DNA from: Nitrosopumilus sp.
Lineage (GTDB): Archaea > Thermoproteota > Nitrososphaeria > Nitrososphaerales > Nitrosopumilaceae
Direction: 5' to 3'
Length of the DNA: 64,000 nt
NCBI GenBank assembly: GCA_965238275.1
Contig: OZ250186.1
Coordinates: 960,001-1,024,000 of the forward strand
The notes beneath the pieces are model-generated. The model saw only the letters and a list, made by a program, of their open reading frames with translations. It did not search any database and had not been told where the DNA came from. Shown piece after piece: positions 1 to 10,169 of the stretch. The translations under genes were made by a program, and so were the position numbers. Position 1 is the stretch's first letter. Each line of letters opens with the position of its first letter.

Positions 1-872
1 TTATCGGGAGCCCTGAGATGATAATTGCACTGTCCCTGGGAGGTAGGCTCTCGTTCAACCCGATGACAGATTCCCTTGTGGCCTCTGACGGCACGCGGTT
101 CCGACTGGAGCCGCCGGCACCGGCACCGGAGGTTCCTGACGGCGGATTCATGAGGCCCGAGGGCGTGTATGTTGCCCCGCCGGAGAACCACGAGGGGATG
201 GAGGTGATGATTGATCCTGGCAGCGGACGACTCCAGCGCCTGGAGCCGTTTCCTGCATGGGACGGAAGAGACTTTGAGGATCTCCCAGTAATGGTAAAGG
301 CTCGCGGCAAGTGCACCACTGATCACATATCCCCTGCAGGCGCGTGGCTCTCGCTCCGGGGGCATCTTGACAACCTCAGCGACAACATGCTGCTTGGGGC
401 AGTCAATGCCTTCAACGGCAAGGTGGGCGTGGGCAAAAATATACTGAACGGCCAGGCAGAGCCGTTTGCAGGCATTGCAAGGCAGTACAAGGCAGGACAG
501 ATCAGGTGGGTCATAATCGGTGATGGCAACTACGGCGAGGGAAGCAGCAGGGAGCATGCTGCAATGACTCCCAGACACCTGGGATGTGCTGCGGTAATAA
601 CAAAGAGCATGGCCAGAATACACGAGACCAACCTCAAAAAACAGGGAATACTGGCACTGACGTTTGCGAATCCGGACGACTATGAGAGGATTCTTCAGGA
701 CGACAGGATCACCCTGCCCGGACTTGACGGGCTGGCACCCGGCAGGCAGGTCCGGTGCGTGATTGTGCATGCAGACGACACCCGAGAGGAGATTCTGCTG
801 AACCACTCATACAATGAGACCCAGCTGGGGTGGTTCCGGGCAGGCTCCGCCCTGAACGTCCTTCGCGGTTAG
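1..872 (+). CDS. acnA: Aconitate hydratase, C-terminal part (5' end outside window)
   Basis: Swivel-domain motifs KCTTDHISPAG, NYGEGSSREHAA, ARIHETNLKKQG; frame is open to the window edge. Confidence 0.9.
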   Translation, partial: IGSPEMIIALSLGGRLSFNPMTDSLVASDGTRFRLEPPAPAPEVPDGGFMRPEGVYVAPPENHEGMEVMIDPGSGRLQRLEPFPAWDGRDFEDLPVMVKARGKCTTDHISPAGAWLSLRGHLDNLSDNMLLGAVNAFNGKVGVGKNILNGQAEPFAGIARQYKAGQIRWVIIGDGNYGEGSSREHAAMTPRHLGCAAVITKSMARIHETNLKKQGILALTFANPDDYERILQDDRITLPGLDGLAPGRQVRCVIVHADDTREEILLNHSYNETQLGWFRAGSALNVLRG

Positions 873-881
873 GGTTTGACG

Positions 882-1034
882 TGGGGCCGACCGGAATCGA
901 ACCGGCGACCTACGGGTCACTACAGCTCCAAACTTACATCATCCCTGAGTCAGTGCAGCTTAGCTTACCTCTGGAGCCCTTAGCGGTGATCTTATCGTAG
1001 ACACTGTCGCCCTACCAGGCTAGGCTACGACCCC
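882..1034 (-). tRNA. tRNA-Trp(CCA) with two introns (918-970 at canonical 37/38; 980-1005 at about 28/29)
   Basis: Reverse complement reads GGGGTCG-TAGCCTAGCCTGGTAGGGCG-AC[26 nt]GGG-CTCCAG[53 nt]A-CCCGT-AGGTC-GCCGG-TTCGATT-CCGGT-CGGCCCC-A; removing both inserts gives a normal cloverleaf. Confidence 0.88.
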
Positions 1035-1920
1035 ACGACATATGGTGAAATGGACTTGGATTTTAACCTATTTTTGGGAGGGATTTTGCATCATCCAAAA
1101 GACGTATCGGCGCTTCCCAGGAATCTCCAAGGTCCCGGCTTTGTCGTGTCAGGCGATACATGCATCCCATTGGGATGCAGACTCAGAAGGCAGGCAGGTG
1201 CAGGCAGGTGCAGGTACCTACATCATTCAGGCGTACCTGCTGCCGTACGGCACAACTGGCAGGTTCCAAACCATGCGCATATGCGGCGTGCACGCCTGAC
1301 GGGCGCAGCACCGGCGGCGTGACACAATGACAGCAAATACCGCACCCCTCTTTTTGCCACTGCGTGTGCTGGAACCCGATATCTGATTCCTGCCGTACCG
1401 CCCTTGCCTGCAATCCTTGTGCAAGATTTGTGAAAATGATGCATCTACCGGGAATTCAGAATAAGATTCATCACCAAACCTATCATAAAGCCCCTGAATA
1501 TTATTTATCATATATGGTCTGTGAACATCTATATTATTTTTTAATTCTAAAACACTCTTGAATTACTTTGAAACTGATAATTCCGTACCAATTAATTTTT
1601 TTTTGATAAATTAGAAATGAGCACTAATCACAATAAACCATGAGACAAATCAATCCGACAGTATGAAATAAAAAAATAAAATGCCGGATAATACCAAATG
1701 CAGGCATGAATCGTGGTATTTTACTGCGTTGCAGGCATGTAAATATCTGAAAAAAGATACAAAATGGAAATTCTCCCAACTCGCATATTCGCCAACAAAC
1801 AGGACACCTGTGCTTATAGCCATCTTCTGGCCGGACGCCGACTGCAGGCATCTGGTTTGAAACCGCGTGTTTTTGGCTAAGACTTATTTGCAATAACTTC
1901 CAATTCGATACTGTACACAC

Positions 1921-2454
1921 ATGGTCAAGAATATCTATCTGGCACTTGGAGCCATTCCGGTAATTGTGGCGCTGCTCCTCTCGGTCCCGCTTTTAATACG
2001 CAACGAGATTCCAATCTCTGCGGCAAACTCCTTTGATAGAATCGAGATAGAGTACACCAAGCACCAGTTAAAAAAGATCTCATACGGCGTTACCGAGAGG
2101 GTCGGGGCGCAAAAGACTGAGATTCTTCTGATCAAGGACGACGGCGCCACAAAATACTCGGTAAACGAGGCGGGGTACCTCCGGCCGGACATCCGGTCCA
2201 CGCTTGACGATGCCGATCTTGACAGGATCAAGGCCCTGATAAAGGAGACCGGATTCATGTCCATCCCGTCCGAATCCTTTGAGGTGCCAGAGAATGTAAC
2301 CGAATACCAAAAATCCAACGTAAAGGTCACGCTTAACGGCAGGGTCAACCAGATCTTCTGGCCGGAACAGGAAGTCACGCCGGACTTTATACCCCCGCTC
2401 ATCACCATGGTCGAGGCCGAGCTTGATCAGATAATATCTGACATTCGTGAATAG
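1921..2454 (+). CDS. Hypothetical protein with N-terminal membrane anchor
   Basis: 177-aa ORF, hydrophobic N-terminus, directly upstream of pdxS. Confidence 0.75.
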   Translation: MVKNIYLALGAIPVIVALLLSVPLLIRNEIPISAANSFDRIEIEYTKHQLKKISYGVTERVGAQKTEILLIKDDGATKYSVNEAGYLRPDIRSTLDDADLDRIKALIKETGFMSIPSESFEVPENVTEYQKSNVKVTLNGRVNQIFWPEQEVTPDFIPPLITMVEAELDQIISDIRE

Positions 2455-2484
2455 GTACAAATAGCCTTGAATGAAAATCATGGC

Positions 2485-3453
2485 ATGATTTCACTGTCCG
2501 GTCAGCGCAATGACGCCCGGGGAATCGTCTCTGAAAAGAGGGACACCTATGACGTTACACGCGGCTCGTCTGTACTCAAGCGCGGCTTTGCCCACATGCT
2601 AAAGAACGGGGTGGTAATGGATGTCACCTCGGTCCAGCAGGCGCAGATAGCAGAGGATGCAGGGGCGGTATCTGTCATGGTACTTGACAAGCTTCCGTCC
2701 GATGTCAGAAAGGCAGGCGGCGTTGCAAGGACTGCAAGCGTAAAGGTAATCCAGGACATTATGAACTCTGTCACCATTCCGGTAATGGCCAAGTGCAGGA
2801 TAGGGCATGTCAGCGAGGCACAGGTGCTGCAGGCATGCGATGTTGACATGATAGACGAATCCGAGGTCCTGACTCCCGCAGACGAGATGCACCACATCTG
2901 GAAGTGGGACTTTACAACCCCCTTTGTAAACGGCGCACGATCCCTTGGGGAGGCGCTGCGCCGTATCGAGGAGGGGGCGGCAATGATAAGGACAAAGGGC
3001 GAGCCCGGAACGGGAAACGTCGCAGAGGCCATCACGCACATCAAGAAGGTAAACGACGAGCTCCGCCTGATATCATCCGTATACGATTCCGGCGACGATC
3101 AGGAACTGGTCCGGATGGCAAGGGAGTTTCGCGTATCATACGACATCGTAGAGCATACCGCAATGCTTCAGAGGCTGCCGGTGGTAAACTTTGCAGCAGG
3201 AGGAATCGCAACCCCTGCCGATGCTGCATACCTGATGTCGCTTGGATGCGACGGAATCTTTGTAGGCTCGGGAATCTTCAACTCTTCGGATGCCTCGCAG
3301 AGGGCCAAGGCGATAGTACTGGCTGCCACCTTCTGGGATGATCCGGATCGTGTCATGGAGGCCCAGCAGATGATTGACGAAAGGGAGTCCATGCTGGGAC
3401 TGGATGTAAACACGCTGGACCTGCGGATGCAGGAACGGGGGGGCATGGCATGA
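2485..3453 (+). CDS. pdxS: Pyridoxal 5'-phosphate synthase lyase subunit
   Basis: [40 protein letters not shown] motifs; start may be 2467. Confidence 0.96.
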   Translation: MISLSGQRNDARGIVSEKRDTYDVTRGSSVLKRGFAHMLKNGVVMDVTSVQQAQIAEDAGAVSVMVLDKLPSDVRKAGGVARTASVKVIQDIMNSVTIPVMAKCRIGHVSEAQVLQACDVDMIDESEVLTPADEMHHIWKWDFTTPFVNGARSLGEALRRIEEGAAMIRTKGEPGTGNVAEAITHIKKVNDELRLISSVYDSGDDQELVRMAREFRVSYDIVEHTAMLQRLPVVNFAAGGIATPADAAYLMSLGCDGIFVGSGIFNSSDASQRAKAIVLAATFWDDPDRVMEAQQMIDERESMLGLDVNTLDLRMQERGGMA

Positions 3454-4076
3454 GCAGCAGTATCAATATCGGCGTTCTCTCAATCCAGGGGGACGTGGAG
3501 GAGAACATGCTGGCTGCAATGACTGCAATAGACGAGCTAGACGTTGACGGGACCGTATCTGATGTCAACACGCCTGAGGACGTACCTGATCTGGATGCCC
3601 TGATAATTCCCGGAGGGGAGAGCACCACCATGGGGCGCCTCTCTGCTGACAACGGCCTGCTTGATGCCATACGGGACAGAATCTCGGAGGGAATGCCCGT
3701 TCTTGGGATATGCGCAGGCATGATAATGCTGTCTGCCAGCGCAGGAGACCGCGTAATGGGGAAGACGCAGCAGCCGCTCCTTGGAACACTTGACATTGCA
3801 GTGGAGAGAAACGCATTTGGAAGGCAGTCCCAGTCCTTTGAGGCAGAAGTCTCGATGGACTCCATTGGAATTCCGACGTTTCTTGGCGTATTCATCCGGG
3901 CGCCGGCAGTGACTGATGCAGGCTCTGCAGAAGTACTGGCCAGGCTCGACGGCAGGGCAGTCGCACTCAAAAAGGACAACATCATAGGGACATCGTTCCA
4001 TCCGGAACTGACCGGTGACGTATCCCTGCACAAGTACCTTGTCAATCTTGCAGTCATATCTGCCAAGGACAAGTGA
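3450..4076 (+). CDS. pdxT: PLP synthase glutaminase subunit
   Basis: [28 protein letters not shown]; overlaps the pdxS stop. Confidence 0.96.
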   Translation: MSSSINIGVLSIQGDVEENMLAAMTAIDELDVDGTVSDVNTPEDVPDLDALIIPGGESTTMGRLSADNGLLDAIRDRISEGMPVLGICAGMIMLSASAGDRVMGKTQQPLLGTLDIAVERNAFGRQSQSFEAEVSMDSIGIPTFLGVFIRAPAVTDAGSAEVLARLDGRAVALKKDNIIGTSFHPELTGDVSLHKYLVNLAVISAKDK

Positions 4077-4136
4077 CTGCCTGGGCCTGCCTGTGGGCTG
4101 CTGCTGCTGCCGCTGCTGCATGTAGCTAGCGATTCT

Positions 4137-6464
4137 CTATTCTATACTGTGCATTGCCTTGAGATCCGCCTGGAACGGCCCGAGGGATTCTGGAATCTCC
4201 ATCGTTATGGGATCCTTAAAGGACAGCCCGTCTGACTTTTTTTTGTTCCATACTGCAGAGTTGAATCTGGTAATCTCCTTGGTGGTGTGGCTCACGTCTT
4301 CGGCCTCCTCCTCCTCCTCCTCCGGCTCTGCCTGCCTCTGTTTGTGGATGCTCTGGTCTGAGTACAGCACCCTCCAAAGGTGTTCTGTGATGAACGGCAC
4401 TATGGGTGCCAGCAGCCTGAGTATGGTGGAGAGCACCTTGTGAAGCGTGTACAGCGCACCGTTCCTCTCCTCCTCTGAGAAGCCGATTCCGTATGCCCGC
4501 GCCTTGACCATCTCTACATAGTGGGCTGCAAACAGGTTCCACGTAAACTCCCTGAGCGCGATTGCAGGCACAAAAAAGTTGTACGTGGCGTATCCCTTTT
4601 TGCACTCTGATACCAGCCGGTCAAGCTCTGCGAGGATCCACCTGTCTGATGCAGAAGGCGTCCCCTCGGTTACTACCGGAAAGCTTGAGAGGAACCTTGA
4701 GACGTTCCAGAGTTTGCTGAGGAATTTTTTAGTCGACTCTATCCTCTGCTCGTTGCACCTAAAGTCGTACCCGTGGTTCACCTCGCTTGCGCTCCAGAAC
4801 CTGAAGGTGTCTGCGCCGAGCCTCTCTATTACCGGCAGCGGGTCTATGGCGTTTCCCTTGCTCTTGCTCATCTTCATTCCCTTCTCGTCAAGGCCGTACC
4901 CCATTATCCAGGCCTCAGACCACGGCTTCTCCCCGGTAATCTGGTGGCACCGCAGGATGGTATAGTACAGCCATGTCCGGACGATATCCTTTGACTGCGG
5001 CCTTATTGATGCCGGATACGTCCTTTTGAAGAACTCCTCGTCCCTGCCAAACCTGCTGATGAACAGGGGGGACGCGCTGGAATCCATCCAGGTGTCAAAG
5101 GTTCTCTCCTCCCCTACAAACTCGGAGGCGCCGCACTTGGTGCAGCGCTTTACGGGGCACTTGTCATGCCACGGCCTGTAGTATTTTCCGGGTTCTGGAA
5201 CGTGGGGTTCTGAGCACTCCTTGCAGTACCATATGGGAACCTCCGTGCCGTAGTACCTTCTCCTTGATATGGGCCAATCTATGGATATGGATTCCAGCCA
5301 GTTCATCAGAATCTGCCTGTGCATTACGGGATGAAACAGGGTCTCCTTGCCAATCTGCCTGATCTTTTCCACCGAGTCCTTCTGCCTCAGATAGTACTCG
5401 TCCATGGGGATTATCTCGATGGGATTCCTGCTTCTCTCTGCCACCGGCGTCCTGTGTGTTATGTCCTCGATCCTCTCAACGAACCCCCCCGCCTCCAGAT
5501 CCTCGGTTATCCTTGCCCTTGCCTGCTTGGGCCTCAGTCCTGCATACCTGCCTGCAGCCTCCGTCATCCTGCCGTCCATGCCTATGGCCACGACCTCCTC
5601 CAGGCCCATCTCGCGGAACAGCGCAACATCGTTCCTGTCGCCATAACTGCACACCATCACTGCCCCGGAGCCAAAGTCCTGCTTGGCAGACATGTGCGTC
5701 CTCAACTCGACTTCCTGGCCGGCAATGGGAACGACAAGCCGGCACCCCGCGTGCTTTTTGTACCTTTCATCATCAGGATTCACTATTACGGTCCTGCACG
5801 CACAGAGCAGCTCAGGCCTCGTGCTTGCAATCACAATGTGGGAATTGGTCCCCTTGATTCCAAACTTCATGTGAACCAGTTTTGCAGGCAGGTCGTCGTA
5901 GGCTATCTCGGCGTATGCTATGGTGGTGCCTGAGACCCAGTCGTAGTCGTTGGGCCTGTTGGCCAGGTATACCCTGCCCTCCTTCCACAGCCTGATGAAC
6001 GTGGATTGCGTAAGCGTCCGAAACTCGACTGAATCCGTCCTGTAGTAGTCTGCAAAGTTTCCGCTAATGCCAAGGCTCTTCATGATTAGGATCATCTCTG
6101 CCTCCAGGTCGTCAAGGGACACCCTGCACAGGTCCAGAAACTTCTCCCTGTCAGTCTCCCTCATCCTGATGCCGTGCTTCTTTTCTGTGTACATCTCGAC
6201 TGGAAGCCCGTTCCTGTCTATCCCTATGGGAAAGTAGACGTTCTTCCCTGCCATCCTCGCAGTCCTCGCAATCATGTCTATCTGGGCATAATGGGCTGCC
6301 GCCCCTATGTGCCACGGCCTGCCTGACGGGTACGGGGGAGGGGTGTCTATGGTATAGTTTTCATCCTGCAGCACAAAGTCGTAGGTCTTCTCCTCTGCCC
6401 ACATGCTGAGGATGTCCCTTTCCAGCTCCGGATTCCATGCCTTCTCTTTTATCTTTGGTTCCAT
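4137..6464 (-). CDS. valS: Valine--tRNA ligase
   Basis: DTPPPYPSG, HIGA (HIGH-like), DWPISRRR, FDTWMDSS, KMSKS. Confidence 0.93.
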   Translation of the reverse strand: MEPKIKEKAWNPELERDILSMWAEEKTYDFVLQDENYTIDTPPPYPSGRPWHIGAAAHYAQIDMIARTARMAGKNVYFPIGIDRNGLPVEMYTEKKHGIRMRETDREKFLDLCRVSLDDLEAEMILIMKSLGISGNFADYYRTDSVEFRTLTQSTFIRLWKEGRVYLANRPNDYDWVSGTTIAYAEIAYDDLPAKLVHMKFGIKGTNSHIVIASTRPELLCACRTVIVNPDDERYKKHAGCRLVVPIAGQEVELRTHMSAKQDFGSGAVMVCSYGDRNDVALFREMGLEEVVAIGMDGRMTEAAGRYAGLRPKQARARITEDLEAGGFVERIEDITHRTPVAERSRNPIEIIPMDEYYLRQKDSVEKIRQIGKETLFHPVMHRQILMNWLESISIDWPISRRRYYGTEVPIWYCKECSEPHVPEPGKYYRPWHDKCPVKRCTKCGASEFVGEERTFDTWMDSSASPLFISRFGRDEEFFKRTYPASIRPQSKDIVRTWLYYTILRCHQITGEKPWSEAWIMGYGLDEKGMKMSKSKGNAIDPLPVIERLGADTFRFWSASEVNHGYDFRCNEQRIESTKKFLSKLWNVSRFLSSFPVVTEGTPSASDRWILAELDRLVSECKKGYATYNFFVPAIALREFTWNLFAAHYVEMVKARAYGIGFSEEERNGALYTLHKVLSTILRLLAPIVPFITEHLWRVLYSDQSIHKQRQAEPEEEEEEAEDVSHTTKEITRFNSAVWNKKKSDGLSFKDPITMEIPESLGPFQADLKAMHSIE

Positions 6465-6467
6465 GCC

Positions 6468-7283
6468 TTATCTTGAGATGTTTGATATTATGTGGGATCC
6501 CTTGTTGTATCCCTCGTATATGTAGACCCCGACTGCCTCCACGTTGGCAGGCAACTTTGGCGCCAAGAGCCTGATTATCTCGCCTGCAAGGTTCTCCACC
6601 GTGGCCTCCCCCTCCAGGACGTACGTGGTGTTTTTTGGAACCTGCAGCCTGAACCTGCCCTTTGGGCCATCAAACTCCACCATGTGGTGTAACTCGTCCT
6701 GGGACGTGACGTATCTGCCGTTTATGAAGAATTTATGGTCAAACGTGTTGACTACCTCCTTGATGATCCTCTTTGCCTGCCCAAAATCCAAAAGAAGGTT
6801 GTCCTTCATCTGGCCTACCAGCTCCACCATTACAGAGGACGTGTGCCCGTGCAGGATGGAGCATTTTTCAACCAGTGGAAGGATGTGCGCATAGTCAAAG
6901 GAGAATGAGGCATCCTCGAGAAATATCGAGCCTGTCTGGGGCGCCTTGTCATAAAATACCATCTCCTGCAGCTCGTCTATCCGGGCCACGTGCTTTGCGC
7001 TTCCGACTGCCATTACCTTCCCTGCTGCCAGGCCCCCCTTGATCTTCTTGTACTTTTCAATCTCCTCGTCTGAGTCGATCACCTCAATGAGGCCCTTTTT
7101 TGTCCTAAAGTCGACTGTGACCTCCTCGCCGTCGTCAAGTTTAATCCGGCAGTCGTACTCGTACTCTTCTCCCAAAAAATCCAGCATCTGTGCCACTGTG
7201 AGCTCCGCCCTGGTTCTGAGAATGTTTCTCTTCCCGTCAATGTATCTGAACTCTGAATCCAGTATTGTGGGGTTTGGGGCCAT
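6468..7283 (-). CDS. 6-pyruvoyl-tetrahydropterin synthase/QueD-like protein with extra N-terminal domain
   Basis: C-terminal FDYAH...CSILHGHT...LDFG...FDHKF...TVENLA T-fold motifs. Confidence 0.8.
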   Translation of the reverse strand: MAPNPTILDSEFRYIDGKRNILRTRAELTVAQMLDFLGEEYEYDCRIKLDDGEEVTVDFRTKKGLIEVIDSDEEIEKYKKIKGGLAAGKVMAVGSAKHVARIDELQEMVFYDKAPQTGSIFLEDASFSFDYAHILPLVEKCSILHGHTSSVMVELVGQMKDNLLLDFGQAKRIIKEVVNTFDHKFFINGRYVTSQDELHHMVEFDGPKGRFRLQVPKNTTYVLEGEATVENLAGEIIRLLAPKLPANVEAVGVYIYEGYNKGSHIISNISR

Positions 7284-7459
7284 GCAGAATCATCTGCCCC
7301 TGATTAATATAAATTCTGTAATGTGAGGGGAACCCACAAAAGTCCACATAGCCGACAGTTTGGGCGCGGCCCCTCATTGTGATGCCTGGCTACAGCTCCC
7401 ACTCTGCTGTCATTCTTGCGATACAGGGCATTCATACACACAGTATCTGGCGTATACTG

Positions 7460-7738
7460 TCACACCAGCGAGTCGAGAATCCTTGCAAGATCGGTATCGT
7501 TCTTGGTAATCCCCCCGGCGTCATGCGTCATCAGGTCTATCGTGATTCGGTTGTAAACGTTGAGCCACTCCGGATGGTGGTTCATCTTTTCAATCTCCAT
7601 GGCAGCCCTGGTCATGAATCCAAAGGCCCGGTTGAAGCTCTCAAACTCAAAGACTTTGTGGAGCTTTCCATCCATGACGCTCCAGCCTTCAAGACTCTTC
7701 TGCTCCTCTATAATCTCATCCGGGGTCAGCATTCTCAT
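7460..7738 (-). CDS. Pterin-4-alpha-carbinolamine dehydratase
   Basis: NHHPEWLNVYN, THDAGGIT motifs. Confidence 0.93.
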   Translation of the reverse strand: MRMLTPDEIIEEQKSLEGWSVMDGKLHKVFEFESFNRAFGFMTRAAMEIEKMNHHPEWLNVYNRITIDLMTHDAGGITKNDTDLARILDSLV

Positions 7739-7786
7739 ACCAGTCCGTGTGCAGAACAGTAGTTAAAGGGTTTCACCCATAATGAT

Positions 7787-8569
7787 GTGATGACTCCTGG
7801 GGATACGGATGCGCTCTTTGAGGGGATAAAAAGCGCCATAGCCAAAACCGTCAAAAGCAACAGAATCGGCATTGCATTTTCCGGCGGTGTCGACAGCACG
7901 CTAATCTCAAAGACGTGCCTGGACATGGGGTATGACGTCACGTTGCTGACAGTCGGGTTTTCAGACTCGCATGACATACTGTTTGCAAGGCAGGTCAACG
8001 AGCAGATGCGTCTTGCCCATCACGTGCTTGAAATCGATCCCGAGACATTCCCCCAAACCCTGGCGAAGATTTGCAGCATCGTAAAGACCGACAACCTGTC
8101 GTGGATTGAAAACTGTATCGCGTTTTACTACGTCTCCGTACTGGCAAGGAGCCATGGCCTTGACTTTGTGGTGACTGCAAACGGAATCGACGAGCTCTTC
8201 TGCGGCTATAACGCATACATCAAGGCAATCGAATACGGGGAACAGCGGGTAATGGATGTGATGGCCTCCAAGATAGACAACGAGCTCAAAATGATGAAGG
8301 CGGTGGATTCGGTTGCCTCCGAGCACGGCGTGACGTTCCTGCAGCCTCTGCTGTCCCCCGAGTTCATAACGCTTGCCATGTCGGTTCCCGTGTCAGAAAA
8401 GATTCATGGCCCTGATGACATGTACCGCAAGCACATCATACGCACAATAGCCCGTGCGACAGGCGTTCCTGAGATCTCCTGCTCAAAGAAAAAGAAGGCA
8501 CTCCAGTACGGCTCCAGAATCCACAAAAAACTGCTAAAGGCTAAGAAACTCTCTTTGCTGTATTCCTGA
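7787..8569 (+). CDS. Asparagine synthase C-terminal domain protein (PP-loop)
   Basis: AFSGGVDS, GIDELFCGY, KKALQYGS. Confidence 0.85.
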   Translation: MMTPGDTDALFEGIKSAIAKTVKSNRIGIAFSGGVDSTLISKTCLDMGYDVTLLTVGFSDSHDILFARQVNEQMRLAHHVLEIDPETFPQTLAKICSIVKTDNLSWIENCIAFYYVSVLARSHGLDFVVTANGIDELFCGYNAYIKAIEYGEQRVMDVMASKIDNELKMMKAVDSVASEHGVTFLQPLLSPEFITLAMSVPVSEKIHGPDDMYRKHIIRTIARATGVPEISCSKKKKALQYGSRIHKKLLKAKKLSLLYS

Positions 8570-9902
8570 CAAGCCTTCGCACGTTTTTGATTATTCTGAC
8601 TGACGCGCCAAGATGTCTGTCTGCCCGGAATATGGCATCAATCTCGTCATCGTCAAGCCTTGAGGAGAACGCCCTGTCGTTTCTGACTGCCTGCGCATAC
8701 TGGATCTTGCTGTCCCTTGCCTCAAAGGCGACCCTCTGAACGTCCCTGTATGCCTCAAACCTTGGAACGCCCTTTTTGATGAGCGCCTCCAAAACAAACT
8801 CGGCAAAGATCTGCCCGCCTGTCACCTCCAGGTTCCTTGCAATCCTCTCCTCGTCAACTGACAGGTTTGATATTACCCCTTCCATGGTCCTGAGCATCTC
8901 GTCTACCAGTATGGATACTGTCGGAATCACAAATCTCTCGTTGGCAGAGTTTGACAGGTCCCGTTCATGCCACAGCGGTATGTTCTCAAAAGAGACTGCG
9001 ATGTTGCTCCTCACCATTCTGGACAGCGACGAGACCCGTTCGCTCTTGATCGGGTTTCTCTTGACCGGAACCGCACTGCTTCCCATCTGGCCCTTTTTGA
9101 ACTGTTCGGCCACCTCGCCTATCTCGGTCCTCTGCAAGTTCCTTATCTCCACTGCAATCTTCTCAAGCGTCGCACCTATCAGCGCCAGCTCAAAGACATA
9201 CTCTGCATATCTCTCCCTTGGGACTATCTGGGTGGCGACATCTGCAGGATAAAGTCCGAGGCGCTGCGCCACCATCTTCTGGATATCCAGTGCGCCTGCA
9301 CCCATCAGCGAGCCTGTTCCCACAACGCCAAGGGTCTTGCAGATCAAAACCCTCTTTCTAATCTCTTCAATCCTCTCCACGTGCCTTGCCATCTCTGCGG
9401 CCCAGTTTGCAAACTTTAGGCCAAACGATATGATGCTTGCGTGCTGGCCGTGAGTCCTTCCAACGGCCGGAACCCTCGCATACCTTGTGGCCTTCTCCTC
9501 TAGGATGGTGGCCATCCCTGCCGTCTTTTTCTGGATTATTCTCAGCGTGTCCCTCATCTGCATGGAGTTGCTTGTATCCACCAGATCATTGCTTGTAAGG
9601 CCGTAGTGGATCCACGGCCTTGCATCCGCGCTGCACTTCTCGCTTAACGCCTCCACCAGCGCCGCCGTGTCATGGTCGCTTGCAGCCTCCAGCTCCTTGA
9701 TCCTTTTTGCCGTAACTCCTCCGGAGGTTGCAGCCTTGAAGATATCCTCCCCGGCACTCTCCGGAATCATTCCCATCGTACCCTGGGATATGGCAGCTGC
9801 CCCCTCTATCTCCAACTGGTATTCGATCTTTTGTTGCTCCTCAAAGATGTCTGTCATCTCCTTTGTGCCGTAGCGGCCGCTGTCGATGGGTAGTATTGCC
9901 AA
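8541..9902 (-). CDS. purB: Adenylosuccinate lyase
   Basis: HYGLTSND, GRTHGQHA, GSSAVPVKRNP signature. Confidence 0.95.
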   Translation of the reverse strand: MAILPIDSGRYGTKEMTDIFEEQQKIEYQLEIEGAAAISQGTMGMIPESAGEDIFKAATSGGVTAKRIKELEAASDHDTAALVEALSEKCSADARPWIHYGLTSNDLVDTSNSMQMRDTLRIIQKKTAGMATILEEKATRYARVPAVGRTHGQHASIISFGLKFANWAAEMARHVERIEEIRKRVLICKTLGVVGTGSLMGAGALDIQKMVAQRLGLYPADVATQIVPRERYAEYVFELALIGATLEKIAVEIRNLQRTEIGEVAEQFKKGQMGSSAVPVKRNPIKSERVSSLSRMVRSNIAVSFENIPLWHERDLSNSANERFVIPTVSILVDEMLRTMEGVISNLSVDEERIARNLEVTGGQIFAEFVLEALIKKGVPRFEAYRDVQRVAFEARDSKIQYAQAVRNDRAFSSRLDDDEIDAIFRADRHLGASVRIIKNVRRLVRNTAKRVS

Positions 9903-10169
9903 TGTCTACCATGCATGTGTATCTGAAATAAATCTACTCATGGCAATACGCCCTAGCTGTCTCCGAGGGGGTCGGGCAGGAGCCAAGTTCGGGTGGGAAG
10001 CCTGCCGGGACGTCAGAAAACGACAAAGGAATGCAGCCGCCGGGCGACTGCACTTTTGTATGTGATTTCCAATAACTGCCTTACCAAAGACCCGCATCTG
10101 AATAAATGACGGCATGCCCCGTTCTTCTGATGGTTTAAATTAGATTGGGCGGAAACCCTCCCAATACTT

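Noticed and set aside
9906-10169. SRP RNA, RNase P RNA or hammerhead ribozyme
   Set aside because: The conserved cores (SRP helix 8, GAGGAAAGTCC, CTGATGA...GAAA with stems) are absent.
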